Positions 45,803 to 56,914 of a stretch of 64,000 nt of DNA are shown one piece after another. The DNA lies in the sequence record OQ992561.1, one strand, 5' to 3'. A program made the position numbers and the translations under genes. Numbering within the stretch: position 1 is the first letter of the stretch; each line of letters begins with the position of its first letter. Under the pieces are notes generated by a model. The model saw nothing but the letters and a program-made list of their open reading frames with translations. It was not told where the DNA came from and did not search any database.

Positions 45803-46006
45803 ATGGATTTAAATCCTCATGACATCGATAATCAAGCAATATTTAATTATTTAGAAATGCTGCCATCTACTTTTAAGATAACTGAATCTACTTTTATTGC
45901 TGCTGATTTTGATAGTAATGGCGATGTCATCATACAACTAGAGCAATCATTAATTTATACTGGCTGCTCATTATCTAAATTTAATGCGTGTTTTAACACT
46001 ATGTAA
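45803..46006 (+). CDS. Hypothetical protein, 67 aa
   Basis: Tightly packed; terminator at 46014-46035. Confidence 0.7.
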   Translation: MDLNPHDIDNQAIFNYLEMLPSTFKITESTFIAADFDSNGDVIIQLEQSLIYTGCSLSKFNACFNTM

Positions 46007-46092
46007 ATATAATGCCCTCTCCATAAGGAGAGGGCTTATGATGTATTTTCTCTTTTATCATCTGTAGTACAATAACTCAAATATAATTGTAG

Positions 46093-46872
<780 letters not shown>

Positions 46873-46881
46873 GGTACAACC

Positions 46882-47697
46882 ATGGCTAAACGAAAAGCTC
46901 GCGCAGTAAGTGCACCGGTAACATTATCAGAAATTAGTGAAATCCCTAATGAAGTAACTAATGCAGAGGATAGTGTCAATGAACTTGAAACCACTTCTAC
47001 TGAAATTGTTTCTACTGAATCAAGTGAAAATGAAAATACCACTGCCGATTCAGAAAACACAACCACAACTGACTCGACAACAGATGAAGAATCAGAAGAC
47101 ACGTCTTCTACTGAAGCAAATGGAGATGGGGAACCAGAAGAGCCCGATCTATCGGAGAATCAGGAAGATCCGAAAGATCCTATAGAACCGCCTGAGGAGC
47201 CCATTGAAGATGATGATGGTTCAAGTGACCCTGATGGTGGCACATCTGAAGAAAAGCCAACAGAAGGCGATCCAGAGGCTCCTGAAGAGCCAACTGAACC
47301 TACTGACCCTGAAGAACCCACTGATCCAGTTGATCCGGTGGAACCACCGCCTGAAGAACCTAAAGCATTCCAATTAAACCTAGCTACAGTGAAATCACAG
47401 TTTGGTGATTTACCAACGTATTGGGCTATTGAGTTAATTAAACGTTATTTCAGTGCGCCGCCTGCTATCTATATCCCAGATGTAGTCGATAACCCTGATT
47501 TCAAAATAATGGTTCAACAGGTGAAATTCTTTGGTAATGGTCTACGTCCGATATATAACTCTAAGAACATGATTACTTTCACCACTATGTTAGAAGGTGC
47601 AAGTGAAACAACAATCTTAGAGGATATGAAGAAACAACAACCGGCATTACTAAGTTTATTACCTTGGTATGATCCAAACGCTGAAATAGATAAATGA
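46882..47697 (+). CDS. Acidic low-complexity protein with folded C-terminal domain (gp35-like capsid decoration candidate)
   Basis: T/S/E/D-rich then PEEP/PTDP repeats; synteny four genes before PhuZ. Confidence 0.6.
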   Translation: MAKRKARAVSAPVTLSEISEIPNEVTNAEDSVNELETTSTEIVSTESSENENTTADSENTTTTDSTTDEESEDTSSTEANGDGEPEEPDLSENQEDPKDPIEPPEEPIEDDDGSSDPDGGTSEEKPTEGDPEAPEEPTEPTDPEEPTDPVDPVEPPPEEPKAFQLNLATVKSQFGDLPTYWAIELIKRYFSAPPAIYIPDVVDNPDFKIMVQQVKFFGNGLRPIYNSKNMITFTTMLEGASETTILEDMKKQQPALLSLLPWYDPNAEIDK

Positions 47698-47735
47698 ACA
47701 TATTGCCTCCCCTAGGGGAGGCTTTATGCTGAGTT

Positions 47736-47760
47736 AAAAAAAGTTTAAGATCTATATTAC
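47736..47760 (+). promoter_or_regulatory. Early promoter
   Basis: TATATTAC at 47753-47760, directly after the terminator at 47705-47722. Confidence 0.75.
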
Positions 47761-47800
47761 TAATTTGCAATAATAACCAATATTCAAATAGGTATCTATA

Positions 47801-48616
47801 ATGACTGAATCAACTACTTTTAGTTTTACCCCTAATCCACATCTAAAAGAAATATACGATAATTTTAAAAATAAATATCCCAAAAACAGTGTAATCTACG
47901 GTTGGATAAATAAAGAAAATAATAAATGGGGAATTACTGGTAATACGAAATATAATTCAATTACAGGTACTGGTCATAATGTTCAATACATTAATCATCT
48001 AATTTCTAGACTACTAGAAGAAGAACAGCATTTTGAGAATACACGTATTGAAAGAGCATGGCTTAATTTAATTGAGTCATATGAAGACAGTTATAAAAGC
48101 GATGTATCTCACTATACTAATCTGCCATTAAAAGCCACCTTACCAATTGGTAAGCTAAATGTATTTCAAATCGGAAGAGCACACTCAGATGAACTAGGTA
48201 TGATTACACTAAAATCTGCCAATGTATCAGAAATCATTATTGAGTCTAAATCAGCTCTTGATGAAGCTCTTGATTCTATTGATTGCATTATTCATGAAAA
48301 CATTAAAACTGATTTTAAAGTACTCATGCATGAATTTTATAAAAATGAACCATATAGACCTGATTGGTTAAAAGAAAATGGTACATGCAAATTTATCCAA
48401 TCAACCTTTAACATTGGTTCATCATTTGATTTAATTTACTATGGATGGAAGTGGGAAGGTGTAACCAGAATTAAAACAAGTGATCGAGATGCAGCTGATA
48501 TGCTGTATTCTGGTATTATTATTAATACATCAAAATTAGTTAATGATCCAGATAACGAACCGTTATTTGAACAATTAGTTAATGTATGTGAAGTATCAAC
48601 TGCTAAAGTAAATTAA
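47801..48616 (+). CDS. Early hypothetical protein, 271 aa
   Basis: First ORF behind the early promoter. Confidence 0.85.
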   Translation: MTESTTFSFTPNPHLKEIYDNFKNKYPKNSVIYGWINKENNKWGITGNTKYNSITGTGHNVQYINHLISRLLEEEQHFENTRIERAWLNLIESYEDSYKSDVSHYTNLPLKATLPIGKLNVFQIGRAHSDELGMITLKSANVSEIIIESKSALDEALDSIDCIIHENIKTDFKVLMHEFYKNEPYRPDWLKENGTCKFIQSTFNIGSSFDLIYYGWKWEGVTRIKTSDRDAADMLYSGIIINTSKLVNDPDNEPLFEQLVNVCEVSTAKVN

Positions 48617-48652
48617 GTGTATTATTTTTAATAAATGAAGAGGTTAGAAAAA

Positions 48653-49474
48653 ATGACTCAATTTAACATTACCTGGGAAGAACAACTCCAAGCCCTATCT
48701 AAGCTAGATGATTTACATCATCCACATAAATTAGAGGATATCTCTGTTCATTGGATTTTTAATCCAGTAGATATTTCAGTTTTTGTTACATGTGCGACCA
48801 TGAGTAGTCATAACACTCACTATACTTTTAAACCGCAGTCAAGTCCAGATGATGCCATGGTGCGAGAATATGTACTATCTCGCATTATTGCCGATAATCT
48901 GAAATATGTTGATAATTTATATCTAGCGGCTGGTGCCGTTATTTGCGGTAATGACGAATACATTAGTGATGGTAATGTGATTGGAATTCATATCGCTGAC
49001 GGCGTAGGAGGTAACAAGCTTATTCTACCAGTCATTGAATTTATGCCAGGCGTTCATGTTGATGATATCAGTGATGAACTAATCGAGTCGTCATCTTATC
49101 AAGGTATTTTCAAAACAGATAACCTTGAAGAGTTTGAATTCCTTGTTGATAAGAAGAATGCAATTAATGTAAAAGAATTAATTCTAGCCCATACTGATTA
49201 TTTCGCTAATAAGCTGGCCTTTAAAGATCCAGCTGAACCAGCTGTAGAAATGTATCAGTTTATTGATCGGACTGAAGTATATTTTAGTTTCGAAGGATGT
49301 CATTCAGATGTTGAAGAAGTTCTATTTACTATTAAGATCACACGTTATAATCAACCGCTCAATTCAACCGCGATGCAAGTATTTTTGAAAAACCCGCTAT
49401 TACCGCACATCCGGACCATCGTCCGGCAGGCCAATCCGACGCAACGGACGCGCGGTGTACTATTTAATTTTTGA
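48653..49474 (+). CDS. dip: Dip, RNase E/degradosome inhibitor (phiKZ gp37-like)
   Basis: Recalled N-terminus MTQFNITWEEQLQALSKLD; GAGGT SD; two genes before PhuZ. Confidence 0.8.
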   Translation: MTQFNITWEEQLQALSKLDDLHHPHKLEDISVHWIFNPVDISVFVTCATMSSHNTHYTFKPQSSPDDAMVREYVLSRIIADNLKYVDNLYLAAGAVICGNDEYISDGNVIGIHIADGVGGNKLILPVIEFMPGVHVDDISDELIESSSYQGIFKTDNLEEFEFLVDKKNAINVKELILAHTDYFANKLAFKDPAEPAVEMYQFIDRTEVYFSFEGCHSDVEEVLFTIKITRYNQPLNSTAMQVFLKNPLLPHIRTIVRQANPTQRTRGVLFNF

Positions 49475-49721
49475 GAAATTCATTACTTTAATAGACTGTA
49501 TTTCTCTTATTTATCTCTTTTCTTCTAAAAAGAAAATTATATAAATAGTATATTATGTGGGGGGGACCCTTTGGGGGGGTCCCATATAATATTCCTTATT
49601 ATTAGAGAAGGGGTATAACCCATCCTTAGTTCGAGAATCTATTACTTTTAGTAATAAGGGATTGGCTATAAAAAGCCAATACCGTTTAATTTGAAAATAG
49701 AAAAATTGGAAAAAATGAAAA

Positions 49722-50234
49722 ATGACTGAACAGAAAGATTACACTCTAGTACGTACTCCACTAACTCATGATGAACTAAAGAAAGCATTTAAAGAAGATA
49801 ACATTCATGCATCTGATGTTCAACTAGATAGGTTAGTTAAGTTATCTGAAGAAGTATGCAGTGTTAAAGGTAATTATAACATTCGTCCTTTAGCTAACTC
49901 AAAAGGAATGGTATTTGAATTCACCAACAAAGATGGTGAGATCATTGCACTAATTCCTTTTGATATTTCAAAAGAACGTAAAAATGCCAAAATCCCAAAA
50001 ACGAAATGGCTTACTGAACTTCTAAACGTTTATCGTTATAAAGTTAGTAAGATTGAAGTTAAGAATGTACTTAACATGATTATTGATTGTGTTAAGTCTG
50101 GTGGTACTTGGCAAACATACATGTGTCGAGATAAGATGGTAATCGAATTTAAATCTGATACTGGTAAAGTGGTTAATGAATTAATTGTTCATCAAGAACG
50201 AACTCATGAAGAGATCGTTACTTTTAAGCACTGA
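49722..50234 (+). CDS. Hypothetical protein (gp38 position) with an internal two-fold repeat
   Basis: Two segments of about 70 aa ending MVFEFTNKDG and MVIEFKSDTG. Confidence 0.8.
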   Translation: MTEQKDYTLVRTPLTHDELKKAFKEDNIHASDVQLDRLVKLSEEVCSVKGNYNIRPLANSKGMVFEFTNKDGEIIALIPFDISKERKNAKIPKTKWLTELLNVYRYKVSKIEVKNVLNMIIDCVKSGGTWQTYMCRDKMVIEFKSDTGKVVNELIVHQERTHEEIVTFKH

Positions 50235-50284
50235 TACCATTTACAAGTTGGTATATGAATTTATATTAAACACAATGAGGTGTA

Positions 50285-51268
50285 ATGATGTCTAAAGTAA
50301 AAACTCGAATTTACTTTTGTGGTGGTGCTGGTTTCCGTATTGGTGAACTATTCCATGGTTATCATGAGGATGTTTGCTACATTGATACCAGTGTACAAAA
50401 TAAACACAAACACAATACTGACGATAATACGATCATTATTGAAGCGGATACTAAGCTAGCTGACCAGACCGCACGTAAACGTGCTATCGGTATGGGTAAA
50501 GATCGTAAGGCAGCCGCAGAACTAATCTCTTCACACATTCCTGCCATTGCCCATCATTTCCCAGCAGGGGATGCTAACATTGTAGTGTATTCAATGGGTG
50601 GTGCTTCTGGTTCAACTATTGGTCCTTCCCTTGTCAGTCATCTACAACAACAAGGTGAAGTAGTTGTAAGTGTGGTCATTGGATCTTACGACAGTGATAT
50701 TAGTCTTCGAAATAGTAGTGGTAGCCTTAAGACGTTTGAAGGGGTTTCCTCTGTTAGTAAAGTTCCGATGATTATTAACTATCATGAGAATGTTGAAGGT
50801 GTACCGCAGTCAATGGTGAACCAAAACATTCTTGAAGTACTAGATGCACTAGTAACTCTATTTAATCAAGAACACCAAAGTCTTGATCTAATGGATATCA
50901 CTAACTGGGCACACTTCCATAAACACCATGATGTACCTGTACAGACTGTCCAATTACACGTGTGTTTTGATCGTCAAGAAGCCCAGGCTATTCTGGACCC
51001 AATTTCTATTGCTTCGCTATACACTGACCCTGATCGCGAAGTATCCATTAACACTGTTTTAACTCGTACCACTGGTTATGCTGATCCCGAGAAATATGAT
51101 TTCGATCAAATGCATTTTGTGATCACTAGTCTATCTGTTGAAGATATTCGTAAGCGATTAGAAGAACGTCGTGAAATGATGAATCGAGCCAAAGCTAATA
51201 TGCGTAAGCGTCAGTCTACTCTAGATGTGGATGACCAAGCAACTAGTAGTGGTCTTGTATTCGATTAA
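50285..51268 (+). CDS. phuZ: Phage tubulin PhuZ (gp39-like)
   Basis: CGGAG, IDTS, G.GKDR, GGASGS tubulin/FtsZ loops; conserved C-terminal tail LDVDDQATSSGLVFD. Confidence 0.96.
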   Translation: MMSKVKTRIYFCGGAGFRIGELFHGYHEDVCYIDTSVQNKHKHNTDDNTIIIEADTKLADQTARKRAIGMGKDRKAAAELISSHIPAIAHHFPAGDANIVVYSMGGASGSTIGPSLVSHLQQQGEVVVSVVIGSYDSDISLRNSSGSLKTFEGVSSVSKVPMIINYHENVEGVPQSMVNQNILEVLDALVTLFNQEHQSLDLMDITNWAHFHKHHDVPVQTVQLHVCFDRQEAQAILDPISIASLYTDPDREVSINTVLTRTTGYADPEKYDFDQMHFVITSLSVEDIRKRLEERREMMNRAKANMRKRQSTLDVDDQATSSGLVFD

Positions 51269-51276
51269 CTTATACT

Positions 51277-51294
51277 GGAGCCCTTCGGGGCTCC
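51277..51294 (+). terminator. Terminator after phuZ
   Basis: GGAGCCC-TTCG-GGGCTCC-TTTTATTTTT. Confidence 0.9.
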
Positions 51295-51321
51295 TTTTAT
51301 TTTTTTGTAACGAGGTGTAAT

Positions 51322-51804
51322 ATGAAACCAGTAAATACAGTTACTTATATTCCTTTGCATGTAGCTGAATCATTTTATTCCCCTAGAAATATGATCTGTC
51401 TACTGGAGAAAGGTAGAGTCCCACTTTATTCAGCAAAACATCTTAATTATTTACGTATCAATGTTGATGACATTGAGGATTATGTTGATTCTTCTTATGA
51501 TCTATTTGATCATCGGCATGCACAACGTATTATTTCCTTCTGTGAAGCTCTTGGTAAGGGTCAACACCTATTCGTACACTGTGAGGCAGGTATTAGCCGA
51601 TCGGCTGCTGTAGCTAAGTTTCTGTGCGATAAAATGGGATTCATTCATGTACCGCATAATCCATCTTTATTTAATTTTGATGGTTACAATGGTCACATTT
51701 ATGGAGTTTTATGTAATGCTAAAGCAGGGAAGCTTTATTATGACGATAGAGCCGATGGTATTTTTATGGGTAAAGTAAATCAGAATTTTGCAGATATTAA
51801 ATAA
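51322..51804 (+). CDS. Cysteine-based (PTP/dual-specificity) phosphatase
   Basis: LFVHCEAGISRSAAVA = HCX5R(S) signature. Confidence 0.85.
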   Translation: MKPVNTVTYIPLHVAESFYSPRNMICLLEKGRVPLYSAKHLNYLRINVDDIEDYVDSSYDLFDHRHAQRIISFCEALGKGQHLFVHCEAGISRSAAVAKFLCDKMGFIHVPHNPSLFNFDGYNGHIYGVLCNAKAGKLYYDDRADGIFMGKVNQNFADIK

Positions 51805-51843
51805 CTAGCGATAATTAATAATCTGTATATTAGGAGATAACCG

Positions 51844-52317
51844 ATGGCAAAGAACACTGCTAAAAAGCTCGACGAGCAAATGGCAGCTGAACTTGATCTG
51901 ACGTTATCTCCGTTTACTATGGTTCTGAAACACGTAGTTCGTCTCCCCAACATAGTTGAGGGATTTATCTTTGTAATGGTTAAGGATGGAATTATTAGCT
52001 ATGATCGGGTAGACAAATGGGCTGAAGTAAACGGGATGCGTTTGCGAGTTCCTCGTTTCAAATCGCATTCGGTTATTGAGAAGCGGTTAAACGATAAGCT
52101 GTATAGACGTTGGTATGTTTGGGGGAATGGTATTTTATATCCATTACAAACATCCAAGGTTGAAGATTTAAAAGATAATTTCTATTTCAAGATTGACAGT
52201 AACCCCCACTGTTGTACCATCCACATTCCAAATATTGATGCAGACAGTATACGAAATAATACATTACCATTTTTCGAAAGAGTCCACCCTGGATGGGGTG
52301 TTATATTAACTAATTGA
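51844..52317 (+). CDS. Hypothetical protein, 157 aa
   Basis: AGGAG SD. Confidence 0.8.
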   Translation: MAKNTAKKLDEQMAAELDLTLSPFTMVLKHVVRLPNIVEGFIFVMVKDGIISYDRVDKWAEVNGMRLRVPRFKSHSVIEKRLNDKLYRRWYVWGNGILYPLQTSKVEDLKDNFYFKIDSNPHCCTIHIPNIDADSIRNNTLPFFERVHPGWGVILTN

Positions 52318-52646
52318 GATTTACGTATATGCTATTATTGATTGATTATCCTGAGGTTAAGGAACTGGCAGATTATGTAATGTCTGAATTTGAACAATAT
52401 CCTAAATTAGTTAGTGGTTCTATTCTTTCACTTGAACACCACACTAAAGGATCATTTGATTTTATCTGGAGATATGACGGATGTGTTGATATTAGATATA
52501 AAAATCATATCTGTGGGACTATTACATTTATGGGTTCATATCCAACTTATTTAACTTATAAAAATGTTATTACCATCAATGTCCAAGATATGATTATTTC
52601 ATTAACAGATATCGAGAAATCATTATGTCAACAGTTGCTCAGTTAA
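52314..52646 (+). CDS. Hypothetical protein, about 105-110 aa
   Basis: Coupled ORF; start uncertain. Confidence 0.7.
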   Translation: MRFTYMLLLIDYPEVKELADYVMSEFEQYPKLVSGSILSLEHHTKGSFDFIWRYDGCVDIRYKNHICGTITFMGSYPTYLTYKNVITINVQDMIISLTDIEKSLCQQLLS

Positions 52647-52912
52647 GTATTTATGTAAAACAGTTTGTTCGTCTTAATCTTAAAGATGAGGATGTTATTT
52701 TAGCCGATGGCGAGAAATGGAATATTTTTGTTTTAAATAAAAATAAACTATTGATCCGTGATAGTGATCGAATAGCAGTTACAACTATCGATTATGATTC
52801 ATTCGGTAAGATTATTAAGATTGATCATTCTGATTTTGTCAATAGTTCCATGGCAACTGATAAGGCATATGAGGTATTAAAAACATATATAGCTCATCGC
52901 TATGGGGTTTAA
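52625..52912 (+). CDS. Hypothetical protein, 95 aa
   Basis: ORF track. Confidence 0.7.
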   Translation: MSTVAQLSIYVKQFVRLNLKDEDVILADGEKWNIFVLNKNKLLIRDSDRIAVTTIDYDSFGKIIKIDHSDFVNSSMATDKAYEVLKTYIAHRYGV

Positions 52913-52979
52913 TAAATATTTAAATACATTTAAAGGCTATATTACAAACATGATAATAATCCATGTTAAAGGAATAATC

Positions 52980-53207
52980 ATGAATAGCCTTGCATATAAA
53001 ACAACTGTTGTATTCGGTAAGACATATCGCGTAACAGGTAACAAAGCATTTATATCCATTCTAGATTCACGTGGCAATATTTGCTTTGAATTAAATATCG
53101 TTGAAAAGAAAGCATGTCAACCGTGTAATAACTTTAGACGGTATTGTTCAGGTATTGGTATTGCACCTGGTGATCTCATCAAAAAGATTCTCAACAGTAT
53201 TAATTGA
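52980..53207 (+). CDS. Early hypothetical protein, 75 aa (start MNSLAYK)
   Basis: TATATTAC promoter at 52938-52945 and AAGGA SD. Confidence 0.7.
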   Translation: MNSLAYKTTVVFGKTYRVTGNKAFISILDSRGNICFELNIVEKKACQPCNNFRRYCSGIGIAPGDLIKKILNSIN

Positions 53208-53315
53208 TGATGGGTTATACCAGTATGTTTTTAAATATAGTGTTATTTAGATATTATCTTAATGGCATAAGCCCTCCCGCAATGGGAGGGCATTATGTCT
53301 TTTTTTTATTTTTTT

Positions 53316-54125
<810 letters not shown>

Positions 54126-54252
54126 CTATAATGCGCTGTACGCGTTTTTTCGATGGAGATAATACCCAACTAAGGTATAATATACATCGGCTTACCACGA
54201 ACAGATTTGACTAAAAATATTTTTAGATCTATATCATGTTCCTGAACATTTA

Positions 54253-54681
54253 ATGAGAGATTGTACTGTGACTACTCCCCAAATAGCTGACCTGTATGTA
54301 ATAGATGTAACGAGGGTGATAGCCAAGTTAGTACCAAGATCGCCAAAAGAGCTAATAAATGCTCGTTTAGCAATTAGGTGCCAAAGCTTTGGAATACATC
54401 CAGATGACTATGGTACATTAGAGCATATATTTAAATCAGTAGAGGACAGCTTAATTGATGACTTCTTTAAATATTCTATTGACTCTTTTGAATTCATGTA
54501 TACTACTGGATATAATCCAATAAATAACACCCCTCAAGAAATCCAATGGTTTCATGATAATCATGAGGCCGCATCTGATCTTTGGGATATATTAAAAATT
54601 ATACCTAGAGTAAATGCAGGTAAGTTTGTAATATTTTATCGGTTAAAGAACACAGTTTGGATCGCTATTCCAAAAAATTAA
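54253..54681 (+). CDS. Hypothetical protein, first gene of the pre-polymerase operon
   Basis: Behind an early-type promoter at about 54214-54238. Confidence 0.8.
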   Translation: MRDCTVTTPQIADLYVIDVTRVIAKLVPRSPKELINARLAIRCQSFGIHPDDYGTLEHIFKSVEDSLIDDFFKYSIDSFEFMYTTGYNPINNTPQEIQWFHDNHEAASDLWDILKIIPRVNAGKFVIFYRLKNTVWIAIPKN

Positions 54682-54694
54682 TTGGAGAAATATA

Positions 54695-55768
54695 ATGTCG
54701 AATAAGCTCATTGTACTTGATACGCGCCACCAAGAAAAAGCAATATACGATTTACTAGGTCAGCTTACAGCTTCAGCTTCAATTGATGAAGCGATTGGGG
54801 TGAAATTGAGTAAAGATGTGGCTCAACAGTTTTTACATCTAATGGTTGAAAATATAGTAGAGAGTTTAGTTTCATATAAAACAGCCAAAGACCAGTACAC
54901 CAATCTTAAGATGGCAGCAGCTATTTTTAATTGTGCTGTAACTGACGTAGATAGTAATAAAGTTGCTTGGGTAGAAAATCTAATGAAACTACCTTATCTA
55001 GAAACTATCTATCTAGATATCTATAAACAAGTAGCTAAATATATCGATAGCGGTACATGGATCCAATGGGATGTAGTTAAAGCTGGTTCAGTTATAACTT
55101 TAATCAGTGGCAAAGATTATCGTATCGCGGAATATGATCGTGTCCATGGGATTGATAATGGTGATGATCATGCAGTGGTATCACTTAACCTACTGAACCC
55201 ATTAAACTATTTATTTAGTGAATTTCTCCGTACATTCTTCCATGGCTTTGACAGAATTAATTTACAAACATTAGGTTATAGTATCTACGAATCTAGGCGT
55301 AAAACTCAGCTATCTCTTGCTAATGGTGGTAGCTATACTTTAAATAAAGACCACATCACCACTAACCATGCATATAACATCGCAGTAGAATATATTCAAG
55401 AACAGTTAACTGCATTACTTATTGGTGTAATTGTTAAACAATATAGTAATATTAAAGTATCTTATCTAATACCTAAGGTTAACCATGATTTCTTTGCAAG
55501 TTTAGGACTTGATAATTTATTACTATTTGAAGAGAAATATATTAGCCCTCTAGTTAGTTCTATTAACATGGCATATTTTTCAACCAGAATTGAGCATGAC
55601 GTTAAGTATGAACTAGAGTATCATAGCTATGTAATTTCTGTATACAAGAATAAGAATGCAACTTATCCTATTGAGAAATTAGTATTTGAATATCAACGTG
55701 GTGATTATTTACCTGATGATCAGCGAGCGCAAGCTGAGCGATACATTTTAGAAAATAATCTATACTAA
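54695..55768 (+). CDS. Hypothetical protein, 357 aa (possibly two repeated domains)
   Basis: GGAG SD. Confidence 0.85.
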   Translation: MSNKLIVLDTRHQEKAIYDLLGQLTASASIDEAIGVKLSKDVAQQFLHLMVENIVESLVSYKTAKDQYTNLKMAAAIFNCAVTDVDSNKVAWVENLMKLPYLETIYLDIYKQVAKYIDSGTWIQWDVVKAGSVITLISGKDYRIAEYDRVHGIDNGDDHAVVSLNLLNPLNYLFSEFLRTFFHGFDRINLQTLGYSIYESRRKTQLSLANGGSYTLNKDHITTNHAYNIAVEYIQEQLTALLIGVIVKQYSNIKVSYLIPKVNHDFFASLGLDNLLLFEEKYISPLVSSINMAYFSTRIEHDVKYELEYHSYVISVYKNKNATYPIEKLVFEYQRGDYLPDDQRAQAERYILENNLY

Positions 55769-55817
55769 ATAAAGCCCTCCTTATGGGGGGCTTTATACCG
55801 ATTATAAGGTTTTTATA

Positions 55818-56207
55818 ATGAACATATCTAATGATAAAGACACATCAATGTGTATCAGAATGGAAGTAAGATCTTTTGTACAAGATCAACATTCTGATAT
55901 TTGGAAATCTATAAAAAATAGTATTGGTGCAGAATATGCATTAACAATTGTATTGGCAGCAGCGTCTGAGAGGGCATCGGGTAGCACATCTAATGATGTC
56001 ATAGAACTAATTAATCAGATGCTGGGTTATAGGGATATTTGTGATATTAATTTAACAACTTATCTGTATAATTGTTCTAACCGGGTAGTTCTACCATCAG
56101 CTGGTAACATCCAGTTAAATAGGGTTATTTATGATACTGAGAAACCAGAAGATCTATACGTCACCATTACCCACACCACAACCTCGTTTTTTACTAAGAG
56201 CGACTAA
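55818..56207 (+). CDS. Hypothetical protein, 129 aa
   Basis: ORF track. Confidence 0.8.
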   Translation: MNISNDKDTSMCIRMEVRSFVQDQHSDIWKSIKNSIGAEYALTIVLAAASERASGSTSNDVIELINQMLGYRDICDINLTTYLYNCSNRVVLPSAGNIQLNRVIYDTEKPEDLYVTITHTTTSFFTKSD

Positions 56208-56583
56208 AAGTAAACTTATTAAAGATGATAACTATCTAAGATTTGTATTGGACTTTTTAGATATTAGTTATATCGAAGCAATGCATTTGCTTGTTGCATT
56301 GGCAGAACAGAAGCTTATGCAAATGGTCGTTAAAGAAGAAATGTTCTATGAATATGCTAAAGACATTCATTTCATGCATAAACTAATAGAACTTCTCGAT
56401 GAGGGTGCTGAGCAGATCATGCACCTCATTCCAACAAATACTAAGGAACTGTGGTATGAAACAGAAGCACGAGATGGATTGTACATCGGAGGAAGTACAA
56501 CGTCTGGTATATGTATTGCCAATCGAAGTGGTATTCCCACAATTAATCACATTGATAAAGAAATTTACTTACCTAACAAATAA
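56131..56583 (+). CDS. Hypothetical protein, 150 aa
   Basis: 77-nt overlap with the upstream gene. Confidence 0.7.
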   Translation: MILRNQKIYTSPLPTPQPRFLLRATKSKLIKDDNYLRFVLDFLDISYIEAMHLLVALAEQKLMQMVVKEEMFYEYAKDIHFMHKLIELLDEGAEQIMHLIPTNTKELWYETEARDGLYIGGSTTSGICIANRSGIPTINHIDKEIYLPNK

Positions 56584-56914
56584 AGATGAAGCTACAGTCA
56601 TCGTCTTATTAACTCAATGGGTTGTTAAGATGATGTCTAAATTACAACAGGATAATACGGTTATTCCTTTTGTGGATATATCAATACAACTAGGAAATGG
56701 TCCAGATTGGGATGAGTTCATTAATTTGTTCTATACAACTGGAATCCAATTACTACATAGAACACCGAAGAATTTAATAGACTATAAGTTCATTAGTGTA
56801 ATAGATAACAAAGTTGTTCTATTAACTATAGTCACTGGTAAAGAGTGGAGTCAATATGCAATTGTTGCTAATTTTGAAACCGCGTTCTTTTACGGAAGAG
56901 CTAGGTGTAGATGA
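56456..56914 (+). CDS. Hypothetical protein (likely start MKQKHEM)
   Basis: AAGGA SD before ATG56456; 128-nt overlap with the upstream gene. Confidence 0.65.
   Translation: MKQKHEMDCTSEEVQRLVYVLPIEVVFPQLITLIKKFTYLTNKDEATVIVLLTQWVVKMMSKLQQDNTVIPFVDISIQLGNGPDWDEFINLFYTTGIQLLHRTPKNLIDYKFISVIDNKVVLLTIVTGKEWSQYAIVANFETAFFYGRARCR

Noticed and set aside
46961-47185. Alternate-frame ORFs over the acidic low-complexity gene (46869 minus strand, 46961 plus strand)
   Set aside because: By-products of the repetitive codon composition of the real gene.
56399-56455. Track start of the 171-aa ORF
   Set aside because: The N-terminal 19 aa look like out-of-frame sequence of the upstream gene. The SD supports ATG56456.
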